Both the position numbers and the translations under genes were made by a program. Below, one piece after another: positions 14,101-27,803 of a stretch of DNA of 64,000 bases. The stretch lies in NCBI RefSeq assembly GCF_009914755.1, contig NC_060934.1; one strand, given 5' to 3'. Under the pieces are notes generated by a model, which saw only the letters and a program-made list of their open reading frames with translations, was not told the origin of the DNA and ran no database searches. This DNA comes from the human T2T-CHM13v2.0 reference genome, Homo sapiens. How positions within the stretch are numbered: position 1 is the stretch's first letter; each line of letters opens with the position of its first letter.

Positions 14101-14435
14101 TGTATGTATGTTTATTTATTTATTTATTTTGGGAGCTTATTAAAAGTATGTGTGTTTATTTATTTATTTAGGGGGCTTGAATTACTTAACCCTGTCTCAC
14201 CCTATCACCTAGGCTGGAGTATAGTGGCACAATCATAGCTCACTGCAGCCTCAAATTCCTGGGCTCAAGCAATCCTCCTGCCTCAGCCTCCTGAGTAGCT
14301 GGGACTACAGGCTAATTAGTCATACTCAGCTAATTTCTCTATTTTTTGGAGGGATGGGGTCTCGCTGTGTTGCTCAGGCTGGTCTCAAACCTCCCAAAGT
14401 GCTGGGATTACACGTATGAGCCACTATGCCTGGCC
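14101..14435 (-). mobile_element. AluJ with rearranged (TTTA)n tail and internal deletion
   Basis: AGGCTGGAGTATAGTGGCACAATCATAGCTCACTGCAGCCTC...GAGCCACTATGCCTGGCC. Confidence 0.9.
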
Positions 14436-14445
14436 TATATATATA

Positions 14446-14517
<72 letters not shown>
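14436..14517. repeat. Compound (TG)n(TA)n microsatellite
   Basis: Directly visible. Confidence 0.97.
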
Positions 14518-14520
<3 letters not shown>

Positions 14521-14829
14521 TTTTACTATCAAATTGCTCCTCCTGAGCCCAGTCCATTTTCTGGGTACAGGGCTACAGACAGACCATCTTTGAAATGCCA
14601 GTGGACAGATGTTATCACAGGGCATGTTTCCACCGATGGGTCCATGCCTCGCACCTGGAGCACAGCAGTGAGGTGGGGAAGTTGGAGAATATGAGTGCTG
14701 ATGTCTTGTCCTCCTTTTCACAGCTGCCGCGAATCCCTCAGATGAATCCTATCCTCATCCATGCATCTGATTTCTACACTCGGGGTGGGATAGAGTTTGA
14801 GATTGGAAAATAATGCAAGAGCTTTACAC

Positions 14830-15400
14830 CATGACTTATGAGCGCTGGCTGAGGTATCTGGGAAGATGTAGCTGGAACAGATGAAGTCTCACAGGTGACA
14901 CTGCTGTTTCTAAATATTTGAAGGGTTTTATACGTAACAGACAGGATTAGATTTTTTCTGTATGGTTGTAAAGTATGCATTGTCCAATTGAGGGAAACTA
15001 TAGGAAAAACTGACTTGGTTCACAATAAAAATTATTGTGCCTATCATTCGGTGAGTGACTAATACGTGCTGTCATATTATACTGAGATAATCGAATCCTT
15101 TCAACAACCCTGAGAGGTGCATGCTTTTAACCTCATTGTATAGATGCGCATCCTCAGGTGCCTTTAGGTTTCAAACCTATCTGCCTGACTCTCTCTTTCC
15201 ATTGCATTCAGGTTCACTTGGGGAAAACTATTCTGTAATATGTTTTCCCCTGATGGAGCTTTCAGAGGTGAAATGGACCGTGTGCTGGGTGGATAATTCT
15301 CCCTCCACCTGGAGATCACTGCCATGAATATTGTAAAGGGGAGTCAAACATTGCCTGGGCTGTTGAACCCCTCAGCCTTCAAGGCCCGGTTTAAAGGAGA
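14830..15400 (+). mobile_element. L3/CR1 LINE 3' remnant split by a MIR fragment (~15040-15200)
   Basis: TAGCTGGAACAGATGAAGTCTCACAGGTGACACTGCTGTTTCTAAATATTTGAAGGG...GGATTAGATT resembles CR1/L3 3' consensus. Confidence 0.65.
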
Positions 15401-15458
15401 GCTTCTCAGATCTGCTGTCCTTTTATAAGTGAGCTGGATATTTACACTACATGGCATG

Positions 15459-15939
15459 TGTATTAGCTTCTTATTGCTGCCGTAACAAATTGCCATAGAT
15501 CCAGAGGCTTAAGACAGCACAATCTATGCTCTTACAGTTCTGGGAGTCAGAAGTCCACTTTCACTGGGCTAAATCAAGGTGTCTGCAGAGCTGTTTCTTT
15601 CTGTAGGCTCTGGGGGAAGAATTTGCCCTTGCCTTTTTCCGTTTCTAGAGGCTACCTGTATTCCTTAGCTTGTGGTGCCTTCACACATCTTCATAGTGTG
15701 TTGCTCCAGCATCATATCACCTTCTCCTCCTCTGTAGACAGGTCTCCCTTTGCCTGCCTTTTAGAAGGATTCTTGTGATGGCATTAAGCCCACCCACATA
15801 ATCCAGGATAATATCTCCATCTCAAGATCCTTGACTTCATCACATCTGCAAATCCCTTTTACCATGTAAGGTGACATTGACAGGTCTCAGGAATTAGGAC
15901 ATGGACATCTTTGTGGGACTTTACATTCAGCCTACTATA
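15459..15939 (-). mobile_element. MLT1C/D MaLR solo LTR
   Basis: TGTATTAG...GCTGCCGTAACAAATTGCCA...ATAATCCAGGATAAT..CCATCTCAAGATCCTT...ATTCAGCCTACTATA. Confidence 0.88.
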
Positions 15940-17473
15940 GCACGCAAAGGCTAAAGCATGGATATGTATAGCTAGGATGGCGAGATCTTCCCAGACTTAG
16001 GAAAATTCACTTAAAGAATGAATTCCAATCTGCATATGTCCTTCAGATACTCAGAACAGATTTCATTCAAATTGTTCTCTAGCATACGCATTACTAGTAA
16101 AACAAAGAACAGCTCCACAGATAGAACAAAAAAAGAACGCTAACTTATCTTTTCTCACACAGGATGGTAGCATTTTAAAATTCAGATAAATAGAATATGT
16201 GCCCAGCATCAAAGTCTCAGGAGGTAAATGAAATGCTGAAGTACAAAAATAACCAAGAGAAACTAGTCACAAATCAGACAAAGACCAAGCACTAGCATTG
16301 TTTTGCATTACTCCAAACTGCCAAACTATTGGACTTAGGGGACCTGGGGAAGGGATGCTCATAAAGATAGAGAATTTAATATTAGCTCTGGAAATGGGAT
16401 TTGCCACATCGCTAATCCAACTGGCAAAAAGTAGCATGTCTCAGAGTCCAAAGCCTGATAATAAAGTATCACCCTGCACTGATGTCAGTTTCCCCCATCC
16501 TGTTTTAGGCTGACTTCTCCAGGGAGCTATTTGAGCTCTCAGATTCACCATATAGGAAACTCTGAAAATGGAATGCATGCAATAAGAATTTGTTAACTAT
16601 CTAAATAGGTATGCATTACCATATTAGACACTAAGCGAGATACAAAAATAAGTAGAATACAAAATTCTGTGCCTGAAGGGATTTTAAGATAAACAAAAAG
16701 CTCCCTGCAACAATCTAAATAATAGTGGCTCAAAATATCATCATGGTCTCTGTGTTCTAAGCTTCCACTCCTGCTTGTCATTTATGCACCCAATTGAACA
16801 AAGCTATCCGTAAATAACAGGTATTTGTCACTCAGTTGTTGTACATTAGCTACTATAGGTAAGACTGAAGAAAATAAAAAATGGATTGAGCAGTAGAGCA
16901 AAACAAATAAACAAAACATGTATTGAGTTCTTTCTGTGTGCTAAGCCTTGGGTTCCTGCAGATGAATAGAGCAGGGTCCTTGTTTTCAAGACTCTGCAGA
17001 ACATTCTTTGCAAGATCTACCAAGAGATCTAGCTAGAAAGGACCAAAAACATGGGTGAAACTATCAGATTTTAATTTTTTAAAAGCTAAGCTCTGGGTTC
17101 TGAATAGAGCATCTTATAAGTAGACTTTTAACATGGTCGAATTATGTTTCTAGATCTTCATAAATCTCCCCGATTTGAAAATACTCCTTATAAAATGTAT
17201 CTCCTCTCTGTTCTAAAATTCTATAAAATATAATTGAAAAGCACGAGGGTCTCATTTAAAACTTAAAACTATGTAAGTGCAGAACCAAAAACTATACAAT
17301 GTTATTCAAATTAATCCTGCAACTAAAATGAACTCTGCCATATTACATGTATAAGTGTGTAATAGCAATAATTATGAATACTTATGAACTAAATCTGAGA
17401 GGACTTTTTTGTCACTTTCTGATAGTAACTGACTAAGTGATAAATAAATAACCAAATAATCAGCATTATCATG

Positions 17474-17862
17474 TGATATGGTTTGGCTGTGTCCCCGCCT
17501 AAATCTCACCTTGAATTGTAATAATCCCCATGTGTCAAGGGCAGGGCCAGGTGGAGATAATTGAATCATGGGTGTGGTTTCCCCCAGATTGAATCATGGG
17601 TGTGGTATCCCCCATATTGTTCTCATCCCTGTAGTGAATAGGTCTCACAAGATCTGATGGTTTCATAAAGGGGAGTTCCCCTGCACACTCTCTTTCTTGC
17701 CTGCTGCCATGTAAGACGTTCCTTTGCTCTTCCTTCATCTTTTGCCATGATTGCAAGGCTTCCTCAGCCATGTGGAACTGTGAGTCCATTAAACCTCTTA
17801 CCTTTATCAATTACCCAGTCTCAGGTATGTCTTTATTAGCAGCATGAGAACAGACTAATACA
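17474..17862 (+). mobile_element. THE1 (THE1B-like) MaLR solo LTR
   Basis: TGATATGGTTTGGCTGTGTCCCC start, GAACAGACTAATACA end; internal 28-bp tandem duplication. Confidence 0.93.
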
Positions 17863-18292
17863 TTAGGGGCCATCTGATTTTACTAACTCGTTAAGTTGTG
17901 CCTCCACCAAATCACAAGTTACTATAATCCCTGGACCTTCTAAATGGTTCATAAAAAGACTAAGCCATAATGTTCAATTTCCATTTGCAGAGGATCTACA
18001 GTGCTTGAGAAGTTCCAAGGAGAACTGAGTGAGTGTGGGCTGGAGCATTGAGAGAACAGGAGGGAGCTGGGCTGAGCCTTAAACGACTCACAAAGGCGAA
18101 AGGAGAGTGTTCCAGTACAGGGCACAGCAGAGGCAAAGGTCTGGCAGCAGATGGCAATGACACAGTTGAGCTTCCTAAAAGGACCAAAGGTGGCATTTTG
18201 GTGAGTAGCTGGAATGGCAGTTGAACAGTGGTCAGGCAAGTACAGTAGGTAAATTCCAAACATCTAGAAATGAGAGATTACATTTTTTAAAA

Positions 18293-18428
18293 ATTTTATT
18301 TATATTTTTGGAGAGGCAGGGTCTTGCTATGTTGCCCCAGTTGCTCTTGAACTCCTGGTCTTGAGTGATCCTCCCACCTCATTCTCTCAGAGTGCTGACA
18401 TTACAGGAGTGAGCCACCATGCCCAGCC
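18293..18428 (-). mobile_element. FLAM_C-like free Alu monomer
   Basis: Single left arm; short TSD AGAGATTA on both sides. Confidence 0.85.
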
Positions 18429-19506
18429 AAGAGATTAAACATTAAAAGAGGAAATTAAAAGAGTCAAGCTGAAGTTCTAGTAACCATTTCCATGAACCAA
18501 AAATTAAAAATACAAAATGGTAAGAAGTGTCAAAGCCATGGATGGGACAGAGTCTAGGTCAGGCAGCAGGCAAGGGCATCTGGAATTAAACTCATATGGG
18601 ATAAAAGGGAGAAAATAACATTCCAGAGGAGATGGTGACCAGAGACAGTGGTGGAGGGCACCCTCCATGCTCTTAAAAGGACGCTGAAAAAAAATTATTG
18701 TCAACTGCTGCCTGGAGGCTACAGATTATGGCAACTGGAGATTCATGGAGGTAGGAAAGTAGAAGCACAGTGTGAAGAGTAGGAACTGACCATCCATCCA
18801 CCAGTGTCATCACTCCATCTGTGATAGCCCCCTTTCCCCAAAGTACCAGAGCTCCAAATGACCATGAGAAGGTCTGTTTCCAAACTTGGAACCCAGGTGC
18901 CCCGAAGAGGCAGCTGGAAAATTATTGCACCAGGAAGGGTGAGGATATCGAGGAGAGGAAGATTGAGCAAGTGTGGGCTGGAGCATTGAGAGAACAGAAG
19001 GAGGGAGTTAGGCTGATCCTTAAAAGACTCACAAAAGCAAAAGGACAGAAAAGAGAGAAAAAAATCCATCAAACAAGAAGAACCAGCAAAACAAAATTCC
19101 AAAACACATGGAGAAACCTACTGCTAAGAGAGGCAGCCAACAAAATAAACCATCAGGACAAGACATCACATGAATGAAGTCCGGACAGAGACCTACACTG
19201 AGGATGCTGAAAAGAGATAAATGAAAGAATACAGCTGTGAACAGCAACAATGAAGCAAAAGAAGGTAGAAACAAAACTAGAGTGGATAGATATGAGAAAA
19301 AAAACAAGTGCAAAATTTTGGAATTGAGAAATATAGTAATTGAAATAAAAATGAAATATTCAAAATACAGGATAAACTCTAGACTCAATCCTGTGGGAGA
19401 GCATATCAGAGAATGTGAAGCTATCACTAAGAAAATGCTCGGCAAGCAGTGAGAGATAGAAAGATGAAGATAGAGACAGGAGATGAGAGAGAGATTAAAA
19501 ATATAT

Positions 19507-19760
19507 GTGGTGGTTCATGTCTGCAACTTGGGAGGCTGAGGCAGGAGGACTTCTTGAGGCTGGGAACTAGAGACAAGCCTGGGCAACATAGTGAGACAGA
19601 AAATATAAAAATTAGCTGGGCATGGTGGTGTGCCTTAGTTCTACCTACTCAGGAGGCTGACATAGAAGGGTCACTTGAGCCCAAGTGTTCAAGGGTGCAG
19701 TGAGCTATGATTACACCGCTGCACTCTAGCTGGGACAACAGAGCAAGAACCTGTCTTTCT
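19507..19760 (+). mobile_element. AluJ (degenerate)
   Basis: GGAGGCTGAGGCAGGAGG...GTGAGCTATGATTACACCGCTGCACTCTAGC. Confidence 0.88.
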
Positions 19761-19767
19761 CTCTCTG

Positions 19768-19813
<46 letters not shown>

Positions 19814-19832
19814 ATCTATCTATCTATCTATC

Positions 19833-19869
<37 letters not shown>
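19768..19869. repeat. Compound tetranucleotide STR [TCTA]11 TCA [TCTA]4 TCA [TCTA]9
   Basis: Counted directly; replaces Alu tail. Confidence 0.95.
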
Positions 19870-19870
<1 letters not shown>

Positions 19871-21107
19871 ATGCAAAAGAGCAGTTAAGAGACATGGGAG
19901 ATAGTTAAAGAGCACCAACATATATCTAATGAGAGCTCTAGGAGAAGAGAGAGGAGGAATGGGCAGGAAAAAGGAGTGACATCAATACTGTACCTAGATG
20001 GAATGTGGATTCTGTGTGCCTATAAAAAGAGATAAAAACAAATCCATATCTATTCACTTCATAGTAAACCTGCAGATATCAAAGATAAAGAGTACATTCA
20101 AAATCCCAGAACACAGAAAAGATAGATTATCCAGAACAGAATGGCTGCTAACCAAAAAGCTGAAGGATAGTAATGTGATTTTTTTAAAACCAGCCAAAGT
20201 ATAATTCAAGAGTAAAATCAAAATAAAGACATTTAAAAACACATAAAAACTAAGAACCGTAGTAAAACAAATAATGCACTCTGGGGAAGAATAAATGCAA
20301 TGAATAAGATAAAAGCAATTATAAAATGGAATTTGATTAAAGGATAGTAATTTTTTTTTTTTTTTTTTTTTTTTACCATAAAGTGACTTTAAAAAGTACA
20401 AAACAGAATTTAAACAAGAACTGTAAAATAAGAAGAAGGGGTCATTCTTCAGTGGGTTTTTAAACCATACTGACTGACACGTTTGTCATGGTCAAGAGGA
20501 GGATATAAGTATTGAAAGATAAAATATGTATTTTTTTAAAAAAAAATTCAGCGTTGTCACTAAAAGACTACAAGCACAACCTACAATTATCAAAGCCACA
20601 GAGAAAGAAAAACATACAAACAGAAATGTGGAAATATTTCATCAGAAGAAAAGGCAAAGGTGTAAAAAAAGTCAAAAAGGATGGTAAAAATTAGTCCAAA
20701 TATGTGGTTGATCTTAATAAATGTAGCTAATTCAACTTATCTATTGAGAGAGAAAGAGAGATTATTAGATTGGATAGATTTGATAATAGAATACAAATCT
20801 AGGTATATGTTGCTTAAGAGACCACCTAAAGCTACACAGAAAGATTAAGGATGAAGAGAAGTAAAAAGATAAACCATGAATATATTCACCAAAAGAAACT
20901 TCGTTTGGTAATATTATCAGACAAATTAGAATTTAAGCAGAAGCATTAATAAAAACAAAAAAAGAACGTTGCATAATACTTAAAAGAGCAAAGGAATCAG
21001 AACAATCACACACTTGTATACCTCTGAGAAAGTAGCCTTGAAAGAGAAAACACAAAGACTGATGGAAATAAAACTATACACCTTGGCATTCAGGAAGATT
21101 CATCTGC

Positions 21108-21410
21108 AGCCAGGCGTGGTGACTCATCCCTGTAATCCCAGCACTTTGGGAGGCCAAGGCCAGAATTTTGCTTGAGCTCAGGAGTTCAAGACCAGCCTGT
21201 GCAACACAGTGACACCCTGTCTCTACCAAAAATTCTTTTAAATTATCCAAGCTTGGTGTTGCACACCTGTAGTCCCAGCTACTCAGGAGGCTGATGCGAG
21301 AGGATCATTTAAGCCAAGGAGTTGGAGGCTTCAGTGAGCCATGATTGCACCACTGTACTCCAATCTGGGTGATGGAGTGAAATCCTGACTCTAAAAAAAA
21401 AAAAAAAAGA
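21108..21410 (+). mobile_element. AluJ
   Basis: Full dimer with poly-A tail. Confidence 0.93.
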
Positions 21411-21966
21411 AGTAGTTTGCTTTTGGCAGAATGAATAAAATGGAGCTGTGATGTGTCCTTGAGCAAGACAGGATGTGTAAGAGCAGAATTTAGGGAGGGT
21501 TAATCTGATGACCTAAGCAATAAAGGCAGGAGTGAGGAAACGCTAGGTACAGAGATTCGCACTGGCAAGATTGGCGTGGTGATTTAAGAGTCGGTTAATA
21601 AGACCTTGATCTAGGGTGGCAAGAGATGAAGTGATCAAAGGGGAAGGGGAATCAAAACAACAGACGTGAACTGAATAACTGAATATCAAGGATAAGGAAG
21701 AGAGAGTAATCCCAACTGGAGAACGGTGGTACCGTGAGCAGAGAAGGGAATGATGGCTCGAAAGCAAGCTGGCTTTCGGGTTCATTTGACATACTTAGTT
21801 TTTGATTTACTGAGTTTTGGGTAACATCCATGAGATGACTGTTCTGAGATGGAACACAGGCAGCTGTTGGTGGGAGGAGAGGCAGAGAGCCAGTCTCTTG
21901 GTTGCCATGCTGCCTTCTCCTCATGTCTCTGGGGTGTCCTCTAATGCCCTGAGGAGGTAGATACTC

Positions 21967-22404
21967 TTTTTTTTAAAGTTCCAGGGTACATGTGTAGGAT
22001 GTGCAGGTTTGTGACATAGGTAAATGTGTGCCATGGTGGTTTGCTGCACCTGTCAACCCATCACCTAGGTATTAAGCCCCTCACGCGTTAGCTATTTCTC
22101 TTAATACTCTCCCTCCCCCCACCCTCCCCTGACAGGTCCCAGTGTGTGTTATTCCCCTTCATGTGTTCACATTGCTCAGCTCCCATTTATAAGTGAGAAC
22201 ATGCGGTGTTTGGTTTTCTGTTCCTGCATTAGTGTGCTGAGGATAATGGCTTCCAGCTTCTTCCATGTCTCTGCAAAGGACATGATCTCATTTCTTTTTA
22301 TGGCTGCATAGTTTCCATGGTGTATATGTACTACATTTTCTTTATCTGGTCTATCATTGATGGGCATTTGGTTTGATTCCATGTCTTTGTTATTGTGAAT
22401 AGTG
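21967..22404 (-). mobile_element. 5'-truncated L1PA (L1PA8-13-like) 3' end
   Basis: GGGTACATGTGTAGGATGTGCAGGTTTG...ATAAGTGAGAACATGCGGTG; TSD GGAGG(T/C)AGA(T/C)ACTC at 21953-21966 and 22407-22420. Confidence 0.93.
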
Positions 22405-22452
22405 ATGGAGGCAGACACTCATATTCACCTTCACTTAAAGAACTGGCAATGC

Positions 22453-22736
22453 TTGGGAGGCGGAGGCAGGCAGATCATCTGAGGTCAGGAATTCGAGAGC
22501 AGCCTGGCCAACATGGTGAAACCCCGTGTCTACTAAAAATACAAAAATTAGCTGGACGTGGTGGAGGGTGCCTGTAATCCCAGCTACTTGGGAGGCTAAG
22601 GCAGGAGAACTGCTTAAACTCAGGAGGCAGAGGTTTCAGTGAGCGGAGATGGCGCCATTGCACTCTAGCCTGGGCGATAAGGGAGAAACTCCGCCTCAAA
22701 AAAAAAAAAAAAGAAAAGAAAAAAGAAAAAAAAAAT
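22453..22736 (+). mobile_element. 5'-truncated AluS (Sq/Sp-like)
   Basis: TSD AACTGGCAATGC at 22441-22452 and 22737-22748. Confidence 0.93.
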
Positions 22737-24767
22737 AACTGGCAATGCAAAAATTTGTCAGGAAAGAAACTAGGGGAATTTCCTTAGTACATGGCCAGAA
22801 GATTCCAGCATCTGTGAGGGTGAAGGCAGGAAGGTGGTTAGAGCACTGGCCTGCCCATTCTCCTGAAGAAAGATGGTTCTCAGCTCACTGCTACTCTGCT
22901 CCCCCATTCTAAAGTAGTATTTACGGGATTTTATTTTTATTTTGTCCTGAATATTTTTGTCACTCATATTTACTACTTTTTAGTTTCTCTGCCCATTTTA
23001 GAAGTGAATGGTTCTGGATGGATGAGAAATATCATTCCCTCCAAAGTCCAGATATGATATTGAGGTTTTATACTTCTGCACAAGTTTCTGCATATCTGAG
23101 AGGTGCTTGGGCTGAACCTGGATGGCCACTCTCTGCAAGGAAGAGGAAAAGAGAGGGACAGCTCCTACAACAAGTGCAGACTGTCATGGTGGGTTGAGTA
23201 AGAGAAGGTTGCAGGAGAGTCACAGAGAGGTTGGGGCTTGTAAAGAATGTCATGAAAGAGTGCAGACACCAACAGAATGGGCGTTGCTGCTATTATCAGG
23301 ATAAGCCAGTAAATGCCAGGAAAAAGATGTACCAGAGACTCCAGGAGGGTAAGTACTGCTTGAAGGAAAAAGGAGAACTAACAAGGATGGGAAAACATTT
23401 GATTTCAGAAGTTGAAGTCTCTGGTGTGAGTTGAATTAATCAGTTAATTCCTCTAAGGTTTCAGAGGGAGAAACTGGCTGATGGAGGGAAGAGCAGCTCA
23501 GTGAAGGATCAACGAGAAGGAAGATCGCCCATCACAAGGCAGCTGAAAGCTGATTCATCATTAGGACGAGGTTCAAGGGAGAAGTCAGTGGCTGCCCACA
23601 CTGGCGCATCCGTCATGGGAACTTTCTATGTCAAAACCCTGCCAATGAATCATGAACATTTTAGTTGTGATTCAGATTCCACAGCTGAGAGGGTATAGAG
23701 TAAGCTTTAGAAGTGGAAAAGTTTCTGACATATTCTGGATGGTAAGAGGAGGGTTAACTTGGCAGTAATACTGATAAGGAGGCCAAGGAGAAAAGCTGTT
23801 AGCATGTTACTGAGTAATTGCATTGACCAGAGGTAATCCAGCTGGATGGACAGGAAGGAGGTTTTGTTGTAAATTACTGAACTGATGGGGGCAGGGGGAG
23901 GGTGAAATTGTGAAAGTGTATGACAAACGAAAGCTGGAATAAATTTTTTTTTTGAAATTATTTTTAGGGAAGGAAGGAGAAATAGCTCCAGATAGGTTGC
24001 ACAACTGCACACCAACACCATGCACATTTAGGGAAGATTTTATCATTAATTGTCTCAGACTCACATGTTTAACATGGTATCCATAGGGAAGTGGTGTTTG
24101 TGACTCCATGTGGCAGGGAAGCTGAACTTACTTCTGTTGGCCACGGTCAGAAGAGAACAGGAATGTGAGGAAGGAAGTGGTGACAGGAAAAACAACTCAA
24201 AGTGATCTTTCTGAGACATTACCTCCCTTCCTTACCATTTTCAAATTCTAAAAAGTGCACATCCATTAACATTTTAAAAATGCATTGACATACATGCATA
24301 ACTTCTTGATAGCAAACCTATAACTGGAGACATTTAAATCATGCTAGATATCTGATAAATAACAAAAATACATTTTTAGTTACTCAGAAAATGATAGTGC
24401 ACCCGTTTCCAGGAGGCTGTACAAGTCTCTAACAATCCACCCCTGCTTTCAGACAATCTGTGCAAATGTGAGTGCCAGAGTTATCTCAGGAGCTACCTCT
24501 CCTCCAGACAGCAGAGGTAATGTGAACCTCTGTGGTCCAGGCAGGCTCCTGGAAGAGCTGGGTTACCAATCCTGGGATACCCTCTGCAATCGCCCCACAG
24601 AGGACAGTGAGAAGAGAACAGGCATTACATTTGCAGATCTTTCTTGAAGCATGAGAGATAGGAAAGAGAGTCAACTGTATAGACACAGAACTGACTAAAA
24701 TGGAGGTAGGAGGTAGTTTAAAGTACTAGACAAAAGCTGAAGATGTGGCTGGAGAAATATGTGTGGG

Positions 24768-25088
<321 letters not shown>

Positions 25089-25373
25089 GACATATGTGTG
25101 GAAAGTATAGCATCAGCAAACTGTATAACAACAAGGAACCTGGCTGGGAATAAAGTAATAATGAATGAATAATATCTAATGTTCAAGGATGACATGAATT
25201 ATGTTGTACACTTGGGTACCTTACTGTTGAGCATTTCAGTGCTGAAAGGCCTTGGAGTCTTTCAGAACACAAAGAATTGCACTTTTGATCTGTGGCAAAC
25301 ACATCTAGATTCTATTGAAACATTGTCTATATGGTTTTGAGACTAGGGGAATGCTAGAAACACCCTTGGTTCA

Positions 25374-26546
<1,173 letters not shown>

Positions 26547-27672
26547 AAATCTAGTCCCAGCTTTTTTTCTTTCAATGAATCAAAGATTCATGAACCACAC
26601 CGGATGGACACAAAACCTTAGTTGTCAAAAGGAAGACATATACGGGGGATAAAAGCACACCATAATGCTCTGGTATGAAAAGGAGGAGTTGATTTTAGGG
26701 ACACACGAAGTTCCCTGTGTTCGCTTGGCTCCTTTTACAGAAAGAAATCTGTAATGGAGCTCTACTTATAATAACAAATTGATACCAGGGAGATGCCCAT
26801 TAAAAGAGGGGATGAAGCAAATCTCGTGGAAAAACTAGAAGAAAATAGCAGTGTAAATGTCACCCAAGTAGCCAGTGCATTGAAGGCAATGTTAGAAGCA
26901 TAAGGAATGTTCCCTTTCTCTGGACATTTGTTTATTTTGTACTTTATGGGTAATGAAATTTCTTGGGCATTTTTATTTAGTCACAAGCCTTGAAATTCTG
27001 CCCTACTGCACACACACACACTAAGGGAGCCATAATACAGGATAAAATGTAAATGTAGTGTCTTTATTAGACTTTTCTGTGCTAAAGGTTTCTTTTGATT
27101 TTGGATAACCATAAATGGGGACCCAGAAAACTAGGCCAATTTTGCGTAAGCTCACAGGCAGGTGAAGGCTAATGATGTAAGATTCTAAAATAAGACAAAG
27201 CCATACAGAATATGAGCAGTGAAAGCAATTCAAGGAGTTGCAGTTGTGGCTTTCAGAATAACTCAGGGGAGGCCCCAAACTGTACAATATAAAAAAGTAG
27301 GTGAGCAAATGGCTTAGTCAGCTCAGCAGTAACAGTGGCACAGAATTGAGTTCCTGAGCAAGTACTTTGGACAATTAGCAACTATCTTTTGTCCACATGG
27401 AGATTACTGAGCTTATGATAACCATTTCAAAATGGGCACAGTGCTGGCTAGTAAGAAGCATTTAGTCTAATAACAAGAGAGGTGGCACATATATAAATGC
27501 CTGCAGATTCCTGTCATGAGTGGAGGGCCAGAAATGGCTTACGTACTTGAGTCTGAATCAAAAGAAAGTATTTCACGGGAAAAGGCATCTCACTCTCAAT
27601 CTCCCAAGCCAAATAAGGAGATAGGTTGCTATTACAATTTGTATATAGGAGAAAAAACGGATAGTGGCTAGT

Positions 27673-27803
27673 TGGATGGATGATGGATAGATGGATAAAG
27701 GATGGATGGATGGATGACGGATGAATGGATGGATGGTGGATGGATGGATGGATGATGGATGGATGATCGATGGATGGATGGATGCATGGACAGATGGATG
27801 GAT
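27673..27803. repeat. (GGAT)n simple repeat
   Basis: Directly visible imperfect TGGA array. Confidence 0.93.

Larger units (their letters stand above)
19050..21075 (+). mobile_element. Old L1 (L1M-type) ORF1 and ORF2 endonuclease remnant
   Basis: Peptide KILELRNIVIEIK...INSRLNPVGEHIRECE resembles ORF1p coiled coil; 20690-21070 resembles ORF2 start (ATAAATGTA...ATATGTTGCTTAAGAGAC...ATATTATCAGACAAATTAGAATTTAAG). Confidence 0.7.

Noticed and set aside
19237-19452. Coiled-coil-like ORF KILELRNIVIEIK
   Set aside because: Decayed L1 ORF1 remnant, short and disrupted; not an intact or domesticated gene on this evidence.
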